A stretch of 63,910 nt of DNA, filler included, from Octopus bimaculoides (GCF_001194135.2; 7 parts of 6 records of this genome joined end to end with filler, not necessarily neighbours in it), one strand, 5' to 3'. Shown: positions 1 to 12,054, counted from the whole stretch's first letter. Numbers and translations are program-made. The notes: generated from the sequence alone by a model not told the origin.

Positions 1-56
<56 letters not shown>

Positions 57-90
57 TGTGCGTGGGTGTGTGGGTGTGTGTGTGTATGTG
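1..90. repeat. (TG)n microsatellite
   Basis: Direct reading: near-pure TG dinucleotide run. Confidence 0.95.
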
Positions 91-254
91 CGTTTGGGCA
101 TTATTTAGAGCCACCATACAATTTACAACTATACAACAACGTGAAAATGTTGCCGTCAATAGGTTCTTGTACGTGGGTTGAGAATATAGTTCGCGTACAT
201 TTAATAAAGGTTGCGCAAGCAGCATGCTCGAACAGTCGGAAGGCAATCGCAAAA

Positions 255-370
255 TCCGGTGTTTGATCCCATCGCTTCACATCTTGAGCAAGTGTCTAAT
301 GATTTTGCCTCGGGTCAAGCCAAGCCTTTGTGATCGAAACTGGATAGATATGAAATGTACGGAAACCCGC
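255..370 (+). mobile_element. Diverged SINE family A 5' half
   Basis: CATCTTGAGCAAGTGTCT...GCCTCGGGTCAAGCCAAGCCTTTGTGA resembles the family A body CACCTTGGGCAAGTGTCTTCTACTATAGCCTCGGGCCGACCAAAGCCTTGTGAG seen at 55938 and 53792. Confidence 0.45.
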
Positions 371-1401
371 TGAATGGTTTGTAGCTATGATTTTAAAATA
401 GAGGCTTATAACAGCTTGTGTCACGGTGATTCAATCTCAGAATTACACTCAAGTCACACCTGATTGTGGAACGCTCAAATCATTACATGCCAACTCCATA
501 AACCGTAAAATTCAATTGAGTGAACAACTGAATCCTCATGGACGAATTCGACGGAGGTCCATTTTACATAATATAGAAGTTTATTGCAGCAAATAAAACG
601 AAATATTGATATAAAAGACAACTCGATGGAAAGCGTAGCACATATAGAGATGTGCTAAAACGTGGTACGATGAATACACTATAACATATAGCGTATAGGT
701 TTCTACTTAACACAGAAAACTTACAGATGAAACATTGATAAGAAAGATTGCTATCATACATGTGTTATAAAGTCTATGGTTTAAGAAATAACTGTAGAAT
801 TGTCAAAGTTCAATCTCTGATTTCTCTCTCTTTGCTAATGGATACTACTAAAGCGGATCAATAGTCTGTCAGTTAAAACTAAATCAATTAGATGAAACTT
901 AATATAAATGTTGTAGGTCGATATAGTAAATAATTTTAAAACGAGTCAGATGTAATGAAACCATTGCTACTATTGATCTGTTCCGATAATGAAAACAGGG
1001 ACAGGAATAGAGACAGAAACAGGGACGAATCGATGTCTGAGTATACGTATGTGAGTGTGCGTGCATGGCTGTACATATATATATATATATAAATATATAT
1101 ATATANNNNNNNNNNNNNNNNNNNNNNNNNNNNNNNNNNNNNNNNNNNNNNNNNNNNNNNNNNNNNNNNNNNNNNNNNNNNNNNNNNNNNNNNNNNNNNN
1201 NNNNNNNNNNNNNNNNNNNNNNNNNNNNNNNNNNNNNNNNNNNNNNNNNNNNNNNNNNNNNNNNNNNNNNNNNNNNNNNNNNNNNNNNNNNNNNNNNNNN
1301 NNNNNNNNNNNNNNNNNNNNNNATATACATACATACATATATGTGTGTGTGTGTGTATAGACAGAAATAAATAGAGACATACATACAAACATATACACAA
1401 G

Positions 1402-1437
<36 letters not shown>

Positions 1438-2015
1438 ACCAAAATGGAGCGATAACAGAAAGGCTACAATGAATATATTATATTTTTGTCAGGACACATC
1501 AATTGATAAATGTGGAATATATGAGAAAGACAACAAAAGGGATCGGATCAATGGCAGACCAGTCATAACTGGAACAAAATCCGATGTAATAAACGCTACA
1601 AATACCGTTGATCGATAAGGGGGGAAAATGCTATAAATTAGGTAGATCGATACTAGAAGAAAGCCTCTGATTACACAGCTATGATATAGTCTACGACTAA
1701 ATCATATTCATGATATAAAAGGATATATTTATGGAAGACAACAAAGAAAAAATCCCTCTCGATGACAATGGAGCCCTCACTTTATCTCGGTAATGAAATC
1801 TTTAACAGACGGACATCGATATACTCACCTATTTTTCTTTCTCTGGATAAAGGTAAATTATAGTTCCTCTTCATAACATCAGTCAGTATTAAATAATTTG
1901 TGAACTTTTCAACGAAGGAGCAGCTCTGTAGTTGCTACACTTACTAGAAATGGCAACCAAATGACGCACTACGCGTAATTTTCGTTGTGAAAGTAGAGAC
2001 ATATTTTGCTCCAGA

Positions 2016-2356
2016 CATTTGACTGCTGCTGCCATGCTGGGGCACCGCCTTCAAGAATTCTTAGTCGAATGAATCGACCCCAATACTGGTTGTCAAACAG
2101 TGGAGGGGGACATACACAAACATACGCACAGACACTCCCCCCACACACGCACACATATATTTACACACACACAGACGCACATACATACATATATATATAT
2201 ATATATGAGACGGGCTTCTTTCAGTTTCCGTTTACCGAATCCACTCACAAGGCTTTATAGAAGAAAACATCTGTCCAAGATGCCACGGAGTGGGACTGAA
2301 CCCAGATCCATGTGGCTGAGAAGCAAGCTTCTTACCACATAGACACACCTGTGCCT
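2016..2356 (-). mobile_element. tRNA-derived SINE family A (CORE-like body), with internal CA/TA microsatellite
   Basis: Reverse complement aligns by eye to the copies at 38930-39345 and 55938-56487: head with B-box-like GGGTTCAGTCCC, CTTGGGCAAGTG-type body and GGAAACTGAAAGAAGCCCGTC. Confidence 0.85.
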
Positions 2357-2454
2357 GTCATCTAAGAATACATCTAAAAGTTAAATGGTTTTTCTTTTTA
2401 ATCTATCTTATATAAATCTATGTATCAGTATATACAATCGAATTTGACCTCGAT

Positions 2455-2630
2455 TGCTGAATCGAGTTACACATCGACCACAAAGTTCAACTGGTATTTA
2501 TTTTATCGACCCCACAATAATGAAAGACAAAGTGGACATTGGTGGAATTTGAACTCACAATAACAAGATACCGAAAATAAAGCTGCTGAGTATTTTATCC
2601 GCCAAGCTATGGATTCAAACTGCTTGCTGT
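2455..2630 (-). mobile_element. Diverged SINE family B
   Basis: CAACTGGTATTTATTTTATCGACCCC...GGAATTTGAACTCA matches the family B core at 5139-5354. Confidence 0.65.
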
Positions 2631-2632
2631 TT

Positions 2633-2633
<1 letters not shown>

Positions 2634-2692
<59 letters not shown>
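2634..2692. repeat. (TAA)n microsatellite
   Basis: Direct reading. Confidence 0.95.
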
Positions 2693-2817
2693 CCTTTCTA
2701 CAATAGGCACAAGGCCTGAAATTTGGTTGACGGGGGTGGACAGTCGATTAGATCGATCCCCTGTATTCAACTGGTACTTATTTTATCGACTTCGAAAGGA
2801 TGAGTGACAAAGTCGAT
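2693..2817 (-). mobile_element. SINE family B, 3' part, tail type 1 (runs into gap)
   Basis: TTTCTACAATAGGCACAAGGCCTGAAATTT...GTCGATTAGATCGA matches 5139-5210. Confidence 0.75.
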
Positions 2818-3431
2818 NNNNNNNNNNNNNNNNNNNNNNNNNNNNNNNNNNNNNNNNNNNNNNNNNNNNNNNNNNNNNNNNNNNNNNNNNNNNNNNNNNN
2901 NNNNNNNNNNNNNNNNNNNNNNNNNNNNNNNNNNNNNNNNNNNNNNNNNNNNNNNNNNNNNNNNNNNNNNNNNNNNNNNNNNNNNNNNNNNNNNNNNNNN
3001 NNNNNNNNNNNNNNNNNNNNNNNNNNNNNNNNNNNNNNNNNNNNNNNNNNNNNNNNNNNNNNNNNNNNNNNNNNNNNNNNNNNNNNNNNNNNNNNNNNNN
3101 NNNNNNNNNNNNNNNNNNNNNNNNNNNNNNNNNNNNNNNNNNNNNNNNNNNNNNNNNNNNNNNNNNNNNNNNNNNNNNNNNNNNNNNNNNNNNNNNNNNN
3201 NNNNNNNNNNNNNNNNNNNNNNNNNNNNNNNNNNNNNNNNNNNNNNNNNNNNNNNNNNNNNNNNNNNNNNNNNNNNNNNNNNNNNNNNNNNNNNNNNNNN
3301 NNNNNNNNNNNNNNNNNNNNNNNNNNNNNNNNNNNNNNNNNNNNNNNNNNNNNNNNNNNNNNNNNNNNNNNNNNNNNNNNNNNNNNNNNNNNNNNNNNNN
3401 NNNTATATATATACATATATATATATATACA

Positions 3432-3592
3432 TAGGCTTCCTTCAGTTTCCGTATACCAAATCCACTCACAAGACTTTGGTTGGCCCAAGGCTATAGTAGA
3501 AGATACTTGCCCAAGGTGGCACACAGTGAGACTTGACCCGGAACCATGTGGTTGGGATGCAAGCTTTTTACCAAACAGCCACTCCTGCGCCT
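3432..3592 (-). mobile_element. SINE family A 5' half
   Basis: GGCTTCCTTCAGTTTCCG...ACTTGCCCAAGGTGGC...CAGCCACTCCTGCGCC matches other family A copies. Confidence 0.85.
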
Positions 3593-3915
3593 ATATATGT
3601 ATTATGTGTATATAATTTTTATCTATCACATATACAAACCATAGATAATCAGTTATTCATAAAAGAAAACAAACTGAAAATGTTCTTTGTCTATATCATC
3701 TTTATTTCAGTTTTTCCACAGAAAATCATCTTTATTTATCCAATTCTTTCTATATGGTTTTTGTTTTTTCACCGAAAAATCATCATTCTCTATCAACACC
3801 ATTTTATTATATATTTTTTATATATTAATCTACAGAAATTTCGTCAAAGATTTTTCCGTCTCACATTCCACTTCTGTATATTTTAATCTTTTGTATTACT
3901 AACGCTCTCGTCTGT

Positions 3916-4194
3916 GGAGAGACATGGCCTATTGGTTAGAGCAGCGGATTCGCGGTCGAGAGATCGCAGATTCGAATCTCATACCGGGCGATGTGTGTGT
4001 GTGTTTATGAGCAAAACACCGAAGATCCACACGGCTCCGCAGAAGGTAACCGCGAACTTCTGCTGACTCTTTCGCCATTATTTTCTCTCACGCATTCCTC
4101 CTGCGACGGACCGGCGTCCCGTCCAGGTGGGGAACCTATACGCCAATGAAACCGGCCCTTATGAACCAGGTATGGCTTGTGAAGGAACAAATAA
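3916..4194 (+). mobile_element. tRNA-derived SINE: family C head and body with family D 3' module
   Basis: A box TGGCCTATTGGTT and B box GATTCGAATCTC. The 5' part matches the reverse complement of 7707-8093; the 3' part (CTGCGACGGACCGGCGTCCCGTCCAG...GAAACCGG) matches 51084-51160. Confidence 0.8.
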
Positions 4195-5138
4195 CCATCT
4201 CGTTTATTATATATATATATATATATATNNNNNNNNNNNNNNNNNNNNNNNNNNNNNNNNNNNNNNNNNNNNNNNNNNNNNNNNNNNNNNNNNNNNNNNN
4301 NNNNNNNNNNNNNNNNNNNNNNNNNNNNNNNNNNNNNNNNNNNNNNNNNNNNNNNNNNNNNNNNNNNNNNNNNNNNNNNNNNNNNNNNNNNNNNNNNNNN
4401 NNNNNNNNNNNNNNNNNNNNNNNNNNNNNNNNNNNNNNNNNNNNNNNNNNNNNNNNNNNNNNNNNNNNNNNNTTCCATACCACTTTATCCTCTTCCCTGT
4501 TCTCTCTCTCATCTCTCAGATTTATCCTCCACCTTCCTTCATTCGTTGTTTTCGGTTTGCTCTCTTTGTTTTATTTAATTTTATAGTTTCTTTGTTCAGC
4601 ATTAGGCTCATATATATAGATTCGTACACGTTTCCTTGCTCTCTTCTATTTCGTTGCGTTAACTGTCTACTTCTTTCGTTTAATTTTTCCTTTACTGTCA
4701 AGATATTCGCCATTTTGCTTTTCAAAGTACCGAAATCACCTTTGTCTAAATACACACAAACATGTGCATGTGAGTGTGTGTGAGTGCGTGTGAGGATACG
4801 CACACACATATATGCATGTATGTATACACACGTTCATATATATGACATATTGATATATATATATGCGCATACATACATTCCTACATTCATGAACACAGAT
4901 AAAATTTGCATACTTATACGCACAGTACAAACACAGAAACATTCACAAACATCTATACCTATATATATATATATACACACATTCGTGCATACATACACGC
5001 ACACACACGTACATACATCTCTGAAAAGGAAATTGCTGTAAATTAAAATACAGCAAGTAACTTCGGTACATAATTTGGTTTTCCTTCTATATATAAATTT
5101 ACACAAAATAAGTGCATATTAAATTCTGAGAATTTATT

Positions 5139-5354
5139 TTTCTACTCTAGGTACAAGGCCCGAAATATTTTGAGGGGAAGGGGTTCAGTCGATTAGATCG
5201 ACCCAAGTACGCAACTGGTACATAATTTATCGACCTTGAAAGGATGAAAGGCAAAGTCTACCTCGGTGGAATTTGAACTCAGAACGTAAAGACAGATGAA
5301 ATACCGCTAAGCATTTCGCCCGGCGTGCTAACGTTCCTGCCAGCTCGCACCCTT
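5139..5354 (-). mobile_element. Full-length SINE family B, tail type 1
   Basis: Minus strand reads GAGCTGGCAGGAACGTTAGC (A box), GAGTTCAAATTCC (B box), GCCTTTCATCCTTTCAAGGTCGATAAATTATGTACCAG, and tail GGGCCTTGTACCTAGAGTAGAAA. Confidence 0.88.
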
Positions 5355-6037
5355 AAAATTACGAGAATATTGAAAGACTTATGGCTTCATAAGTTGCTCC
5401 AGTGGTAAACGCTGAGTAGTTGAAGGCCTTTAGAGAAGAAGACAATCTGAGGCAAGTGTTTCGGTCCTTAACTTCTTACAATTTAAGGATCCCGGACCGC
5501 ATCCATGTTATGACACTTGAGAGTCCTTCGGCTAACACTTGTTAGCAACGTGGATATCGGAGGTTTAGCTTGCGTTCAGCCGAGGGATCCGTGAGTGAGC
5601 CGATTTTAAATCGAACGCTTTCCATCTGTGGCTATCCGTTCATTATTTTGCTCATATGCTTTACTGTGCAGCAAAACAGCTCGTTCTTACAACCATTGGT
5701 ACTCTGGCACCAAATATACAAATAGACACACTCCGCTACGCCTAGTGTGGAATTTACTGGGATAAAACCCTTCATACGCGTTCGAGTGCAAAGCATTTAC
5801 AATCATTGAAAGAAGGCGTTATGCGTCCGTCTTTCTTGTCAGTTACAGAAGTGATGTTCGTTTCACTGCGATATATATTGTCTTTTTTAAGACAAAAAGT
5901 CTATGAAGAGATTTTATTTCAGGAAATTTCCTTGCATCATACATTCTAACGGTGTATATATACATTTAATTGAAATTTACAGAAAAACAAAAGATGAAGC
6001 GGGTGTATTACTTTGATGCTCGAGAAGGTGAGAAAGT

Positions 6038-6073
6038 CTTTTACGTTTCGAGCCTACGCTCTTCAACAGAAAG
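6038..6073 (-). ncRNA. Minimal type I hammerhead ribozyme motif (A6U core variant), probably from a Penelope-like pseudo-LTR
   Basis: Minus strand: CTTT-CTGTTGA-A-GAGC(GTAG)GCTC-GAA-ACGT-A-AAAG. Stem I CTTT/AAAG, 4-bp stem II, palindromic stem III, GUA cleavage triplet. Confidence 0.65.
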
Positions 6074-7706
6074 GAACACAAGGAAATAATATATATACGA
6101 GGAAATGTATATACATTTAACTTGATACACAAATGTCGATTTTAATTTAATGCTGTTTCAATTGCGTATACTTATATATGTAAATAACAGTATGTATGCA
6201 TATGTTTTTGCGCACGTTTCTGTGTATGTGAATATATGCCTGAAATGCATACAAACATACATATGTACATACACACAAACATATATGTACATGTGTGTAT
6301 GTATATATATAGATAGACAGATAGATAGATTCATATAAACATACATACATCAAAAAATAAATGTATACATGCATACATACACTTTTATATATGCATGTGT
6401 ATATGCATATATATGTATGTATGTAGATATTCCTGCGTATAATTAACTGTCAATATGTTGATATATGTCCATATCTGTATATACAAATATATGCAAATCT
6501 ATTCTTTGTGCTACACAGTATGTGCGTATATGTGTCTGTATGTTGATCTTCTTAACAAGAACATAGCAAAATTTTGGCGTGGAATTATTTTTCTCGGCTT
6601 CTGTCTTTGATCAAATGAGTATTAATTCTGCTTCAAGCATATTAACTAACCAAACATACATCTGATTTCTGTGACAACTCAACCAGCATCTCCAACAGAA
6701 GTCTAATAATGATTTCGTTAAATCTCAGTAGTAATTATGCATGGATACAGTCAGCAAATATCAGAGATAATTAAAATGTAAGCTTACCAGGTCCCACTTC
6801 TGAAGTTATATGAGTGGCTATTGGTCTGCACTAAATTCGTCTGTCTTCAAAATGTTTAAGTCAAATCTGTCCATTGATCGTTAAGTTAGTTAAAACATAT
6901 TTCATGTAGCGAACATTAGCCAGATAATTGGCACGATTGGAACTAATTAAGTGCTCGTTAAAAGAAATGTATTGCCAATGTATAACATTATTTTAATTAT
7001 ACCGTAACGTACGTAACTTACGGGAGATAACTCCATACATGTTCTTTCTTGTAATATAAGTCACCTGCATAGAAATAGCTTTCATCTTATCTGGCATGTA
7101 TCAATGATTTATAGCATTTACTCGTGGAACCAACAAGAGATTTGATATGTTGCCGCTGAATTGGCTAGAAGTAGCACCAGATTTTCCTACAAATCACATA
7201 TAAATGACTAAAATACCGAATGATATGTTGAATTGTGTGATTGTTAAATAAATACACTACATGAAAAACAAAGGTAAAGAAAACACGGAATGATGATGAT
7301 TTCAATATTTTGCATCAGGGTTGAATTGGGTCTTCAAAATACCCATATTAGGAATGGCGTTCTTCACACGCCAATCAGATGTAGGTGCTGCCTCATCTTG
7401 TCTGGTTTAGAAGGCTGCCACCATAAATCAGTTGATAACGATCGACTCCTTAATTCTAGCAGCCTATTCATCATTTCGCAGTGTGTCTTATCACCTGACT
7501 AAAACTGACCAATGAAAACCAGATGCTACAACTTCCGATACGGAGGTGATTCATATCCAAATTCCTCACATCGCATTGTGTTCGGAACGATGATACGCTA
7601 CCTAACACTCAGAGTAGGGATGGGGCAAATAATCGGCTTCGAACGAACGCAGACATCTGTAACATACATTGCGTAAATTTTATCCTATTTGAATATTTAA
7701 ATAAGA

Positions 7707-8093
7707 TTGTTGTTGTTGGCATTCCGTCGCTTACGACGTCGAGAGTTCCTGTTGATCCGATCAACGGAACAGCCTGCTCGTGAAATTAACGTGCAAGTGG
7801 CTGAGCACTCCACAGACACGTGTACTCTTAACGTAGTTCTCGGGCATTTTCAGCGTGACACTGTGTGACAAAGCTGGCCCTTTGAAATACAGGTACAACA
7901 GAAACAGGAAGAAAGAGTGAGAGAAAGTTGTGTTGGAAGAGTACAGAAGGGTTCGCTACCATCCCCTGCTGGAGCCTCGTGGAGCTTTAGATGTTTTCGC
8001 TCAATAAACACTCACAACGCCCGGTCTGGGATTCGAAACCGCGATCCTATGACTGGGAGTCCGCTGCCCTAACCACTGGGCCATTGCGCCTCC
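7707..8093 (-). mobile_element. Full-length tRNA-derived SINE family C ending in (CAA)n
   Basis: Minus strand head GGAGGCGCAATGGCCCAGTGGTTAGGGCAGCGG...GGTTTCGAATCCC (A and B boxes); 3' end CGTCGTAAGCGACGGAATGC(CAA)n. Confidence 0.85.
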
Positions 8094-8178
8094 ACATTTA
8101 AATAGGATAAATGTAAAATAAAGAACAAACAAGAAAACGGCGAAGATAAAGTTTTGCATAATACCATTACTAACTCTA

Positions 8179-8316
8179 AAGGCGGCGAGCTGATAGAATC
8201 GTTAGCAGGCTAGTCAAAATACATAGCCGCGTTTCATCCATCAAGTTCTTAGGCAGATGTAATTATTTTATCCCTTCTCCCGAAATTGCTGGCCTTGTGC
8301 AAAAATTTGAATCCAA
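8179..8316 (+). mobile_element. Internally deleted SINE family B, tail type 3
   Basis: Head AAGGCGGCGAGCTGATAGAATCGTTAGCA; tail CCGAAATTGCTGGCCTTGTGCAAAAATTTGAATCC. Confidence 0.7.
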
Positions 8317-8994
8317 TAATATTACTGACTTTGAATGATACGATAGAGATAATTGTAGCTCACATAGTCTCCCGACAGCAAATGATATTTCCTTATGTCA
8401 TAAAAATTTTCGATTTTCTGTGGCATTTTCCAGCAGATCTGTAGATTTACTGAATCGAATTCCTTGGTGAGGTCTACCAAAACAACAAAGCATTCCTGGT
8501 TTCTCTCATATTCTTCTGAAAATCTGTCTTAAAGTGTACATATCATCGATCGCCCTCGACCTAGCCTAAGGAGACATCGGGATTCGGTCTAATATATTTC
8601 TATCACACGAGCAAAGAGTCTGCTCAAGGCCAAATGTTCCAGGATTTTAGCAGCGTTCCAAAAAAAGGGAAATGTCACAATGGTTATTACAATTTACCTT
8701 ATTGATTAGGATCTTTGATGAACGGTTATTTTTGCTACATAAACAAAGGGCATGTCTCCCTTAGGAAACAAACACATTATTCCCTTAGGAATAATGGGCC
8801 TCTTTCCCTTAGGAAATATGTCCATACATACATACATACATATATATATATACCTATATATATATATTGTTGTACTTGGGGATGGTCATATTGCCAGTTT
8901 AGCCAATAAAAACACACGCACTGTATATTTGGTGTTAATTTTTTTTTTTTTTTTCAGCTTTATATTACATTAATCTTAATCTTAATCTTATTTC

Positions 8995-9039
8995 GGCCAG
9001 AGTTCTTTCGTCACACTTCTGTGACCTCATCAGTGGTCC
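8995..9039 (-). ncRNA. Minimal type I hammerhead ribozyme motif
   Basis: Minus strand: GGACCA-CTGATGA-G-GTCAC(AGAAGT)GTGAC-GAA-AGAACT-C-TGGCC. Canonical CUGAUGA and GAAA core, 5-bp stem II, stem I CCA/TGG plus GG/CC, CUC triplet. Confidence 0.72.
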
Positions 9040-9513
9040 TTTGTTTCCTTCTTTCTTATGTGTGTCTCACCTTGCTAACTATCAGCCATAGCTGNNNNNN
9101 NNNNNNNNNNNNNNNNNNNNNNNNNNNNNNNNNNNNNNNNNNNNNNNNNNNNNNNNNNNNNNNNNNNNNNNNNNNNNNNNNNNNNNNNNNNNNNNNNNNN
9201 NNNNNNNNNNNNNNNNNNNNNNNNNNNNNNNNNNNNNNNNNNNNNNNNNNNNNNNNNNNNNNNNNNNNNNNNNNNNNNNNNNNNNNNNNNNNNNNNNNNN
9301 NNNNNNNNNNNNNNNNNNNNNNNNNNNNNNNNNNNNNNNNNNNNNNNNNNNNNNNNNNNNNNNNNNNNNNNNNNNNNNNNNNNNNNNNNNNNNNNNNNNN
9401 NNNNNNNNNNNNNNNNNNNNNNNNNNNNNNNNNNNNNNNNNNNNNNNNNNNNNNNNNNNNNNNNNNNNNNNNNNNNNNNNNNNNNNNNNNNNNNNNNNNN
9501 ATATATATATATA

Positions 9514-10042
9514 CAGGGTGCAGTGAATAAGCTGTCGTCTAAATTACACGAAAACAAAAATAACAATGTCATCACATTTATCAAAATTACATAGAAATAT
9601 TTTAAATGCTAAAGAGTAAATTTGTTCAATAAAATCACCTTTGGATTCAACCACAACCTCCAGACGACTTCGGAATCACCTGCAACTCTTCTGGATGGTC
9701 ACTTTGTTTAAGTTGGTGAATGCTGCCAAAATTTGTTCTCTCGCTCAACTGCTCCTCACACGTAATAATCATGGTTGTTGCAGTCTGGTGAGTTAGGTGG
9801 TCAGATGTTAGGGGTGATGTCACAGAAATTGTCTGGGTCTTCTGCTTGTGTGTCATGACTGGGTCTTCTAATTTTGTGTCTTGGTGTAGAGTCCTGTTGC
9901 CAGACATAAGATATTCCAGCAGCCAATCCCTTGACCCAGGGCAGCACCACCTTCTCCAGGCACTTGATGTAGGCCTCCGTGTTGAGTGTGAGGCCGTGTA
10001 GGAAGATGAATTGAAGCATAACGTCGCCATCGCTACTGAATT
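9514..10042 (-). mobile_element. Tc1/mariner superfamily (maT/DD37D-like) transposon 3' fragment with TIR
   Basis: TA-CAGGGTG terminal repeat at 9512. Frameshifted translation FSSDGDVM..LNTEAYIKCLEKVVLPWV..YVWQQDS, followed by remnants of the WPPNSPDxNxxDYYVW motif. Confidence 0.85.
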
Positions 10043-10565
10043 CAGAACTTGAAGAACCGGAAGAAATGCTGCAAAGCATTTTGTCCGGAGTGCTGATTCT
10101 AACAGCACGTCGTCTTAAATGTACTAAATACGTATTAGTTTCAATTTTTTGACACAAGATCAGCCAGTACAGGGGAGAGTATAAGATGATTGCATCATCT
10201 CCAGTGCTTAACTGGTAATCATTTTATCGACCCCGAATGGATGAAAGCAAAGGCGACCTCGGCCGAATTTGAACTCAGAACGTAAAAACGAACGAAATAC
10301 CGCTAAGCATTTCGACCGGCGCGCTCACCATCTTAATGTAATAAAATATATTGGTTTCCGAATTTGCTACAAAGCTAACGACGCTAGGGGGGTGTTTAGT
10401 CGATTACATTGACCCCAGTGTTCAACTAATACTTATCTTATCGACCCCGAAAGGATGAAAGGCAACGGTAACGTCGGCAAGATTTGAACTCAGAACTTGA
10501 ATGCAGACGAAAAACCGCCAAGCGCTTTGTTCGGCGCGGTAACGATTCTGCCATCACGCCACCTG
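10040..10565 (-). mobile_element. Cluster of three SINE family B copies or fragments
   Basis: Three occurrences of GAA(C/T)TCAGAAC plus the GAAA(T/A)(A/G)C...AAGC hairpin head (about 10040, 10270, 10490), with ATCGACCCCGAAAGGATGAAAG-type cores. Confidence 0.8.
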
Positions 10566-11414
10566 CAAATCTTAAAATGAATTAAAATTTTAAAATGTTC
10601 TATATGCTAAAATGTGCAAATGTATTGGATAGTTCTTAAATGTACGAATGTATTAAAATGAATTTCAAAAAAAAAGAAAAAGAAAAAACCGTCGAATTGA
10701 ATAGCAATGAGTATGAACAGAATCATTGAAAGACACGTAGTTTGAATTCATTATACTGCTGGTGACTAGTGTTTATGGTCTCTAAGTTAACAAGCCAACA
10801 AACCGGAGAAAGACACAGACAAATTTNNNNNNNNNNNNNNNNNNNNNNNNNNNNNNNNNNNNNNNNNNNNNNNNNNNNNNNNNNNNNNNNNNNNNNNNNN
10901 NNNNNNNNNNNNNNNNNNNNNNNNNNNNNNNNNNNNNNNNNNNNNNNNNNNNNNNNNNNNNNNNNNNNNNNNNNNNNNNNNNNNNNNNNNNNNNNNNNNN
11001 NNNNNNNNNNNNNNNNNNNNNNNNNNNNNNNNNNNNNNNNNNNNNNNNNNNNNNNNNNNNNNNNNNNNNNNNNNNNNNNNNNNNNNNNNNNNNNNNNNNN
11101 NNNNNNNNNNNNNNNNNNNNNNNNNNNNNNNNNNNNNNNNNNNNNNNNNNNNNNNNNNNNNNNNNNNNNNNNNNNNNNNNNNNNNNNNNNNNNNNNNNNN
11201 NNNNNNNNNNNNNNNNNNNNNNNNNNNNNNNNNNNNNNNNNNNNNNNNNNTATGTGTGCGTGCGTGTATATATATATATATGTATGTATATATATATATG
11301 TATATATACATATATTTGTGTGTGTATATATGTATGCATGTATATATATTTGCTTGAGTGTGTGTGTTAGTGTGTGTATGCATGTATATATCTATTTCTA
11401 TATCTATCTATCTA

Positions 11415-11457
<43 letters not shown>

Positions 11458-12054
11458 GTGTGTGTGTATCTGTGTGCGTATGTGTGTGTGCGTGTGTGTG
11501 TGTTCTCGAGCACACAAAAACGTGCACTGCACACACGTGTGTATGTATGTATGTATGTACGTATCAATAAATGCATGCATGTATGTGAGTACGTACGCAA
11601 TACATTCACAGATCAATATATATGTCCGTATACAACATATCTACTTCCGTAGATACTAATTTCCATATTGCTATATTGCTACAGTCAACGCGTTTACCGT
11701 CTTATTTAAATTTATGCTAAATATTGTTCTTTTAGTAACCAATTTATTTTGCAACATAAACGGAATGAACTGCGATTGCTGATGTTGTATATGATCATAT
11801 ATGTTTATCTTTGAAAGCGAATGCTGAAAAGAGACTTCTGTAGCAAATGAACATGGTTACATTATTAGAAATATGGTAACTCATGGCAATGTAATAGTAA
11901 TCATACTAATGGTGTACTACCAAACGTTTCTCTCTCACACACACATGTATACGCATACGCAAATACACATACACAAAGGCACACACAAGCAAAAACAGAT
12001 TTATATATATTTATACATACATACATAGATACATGCATACATACATACATATAT

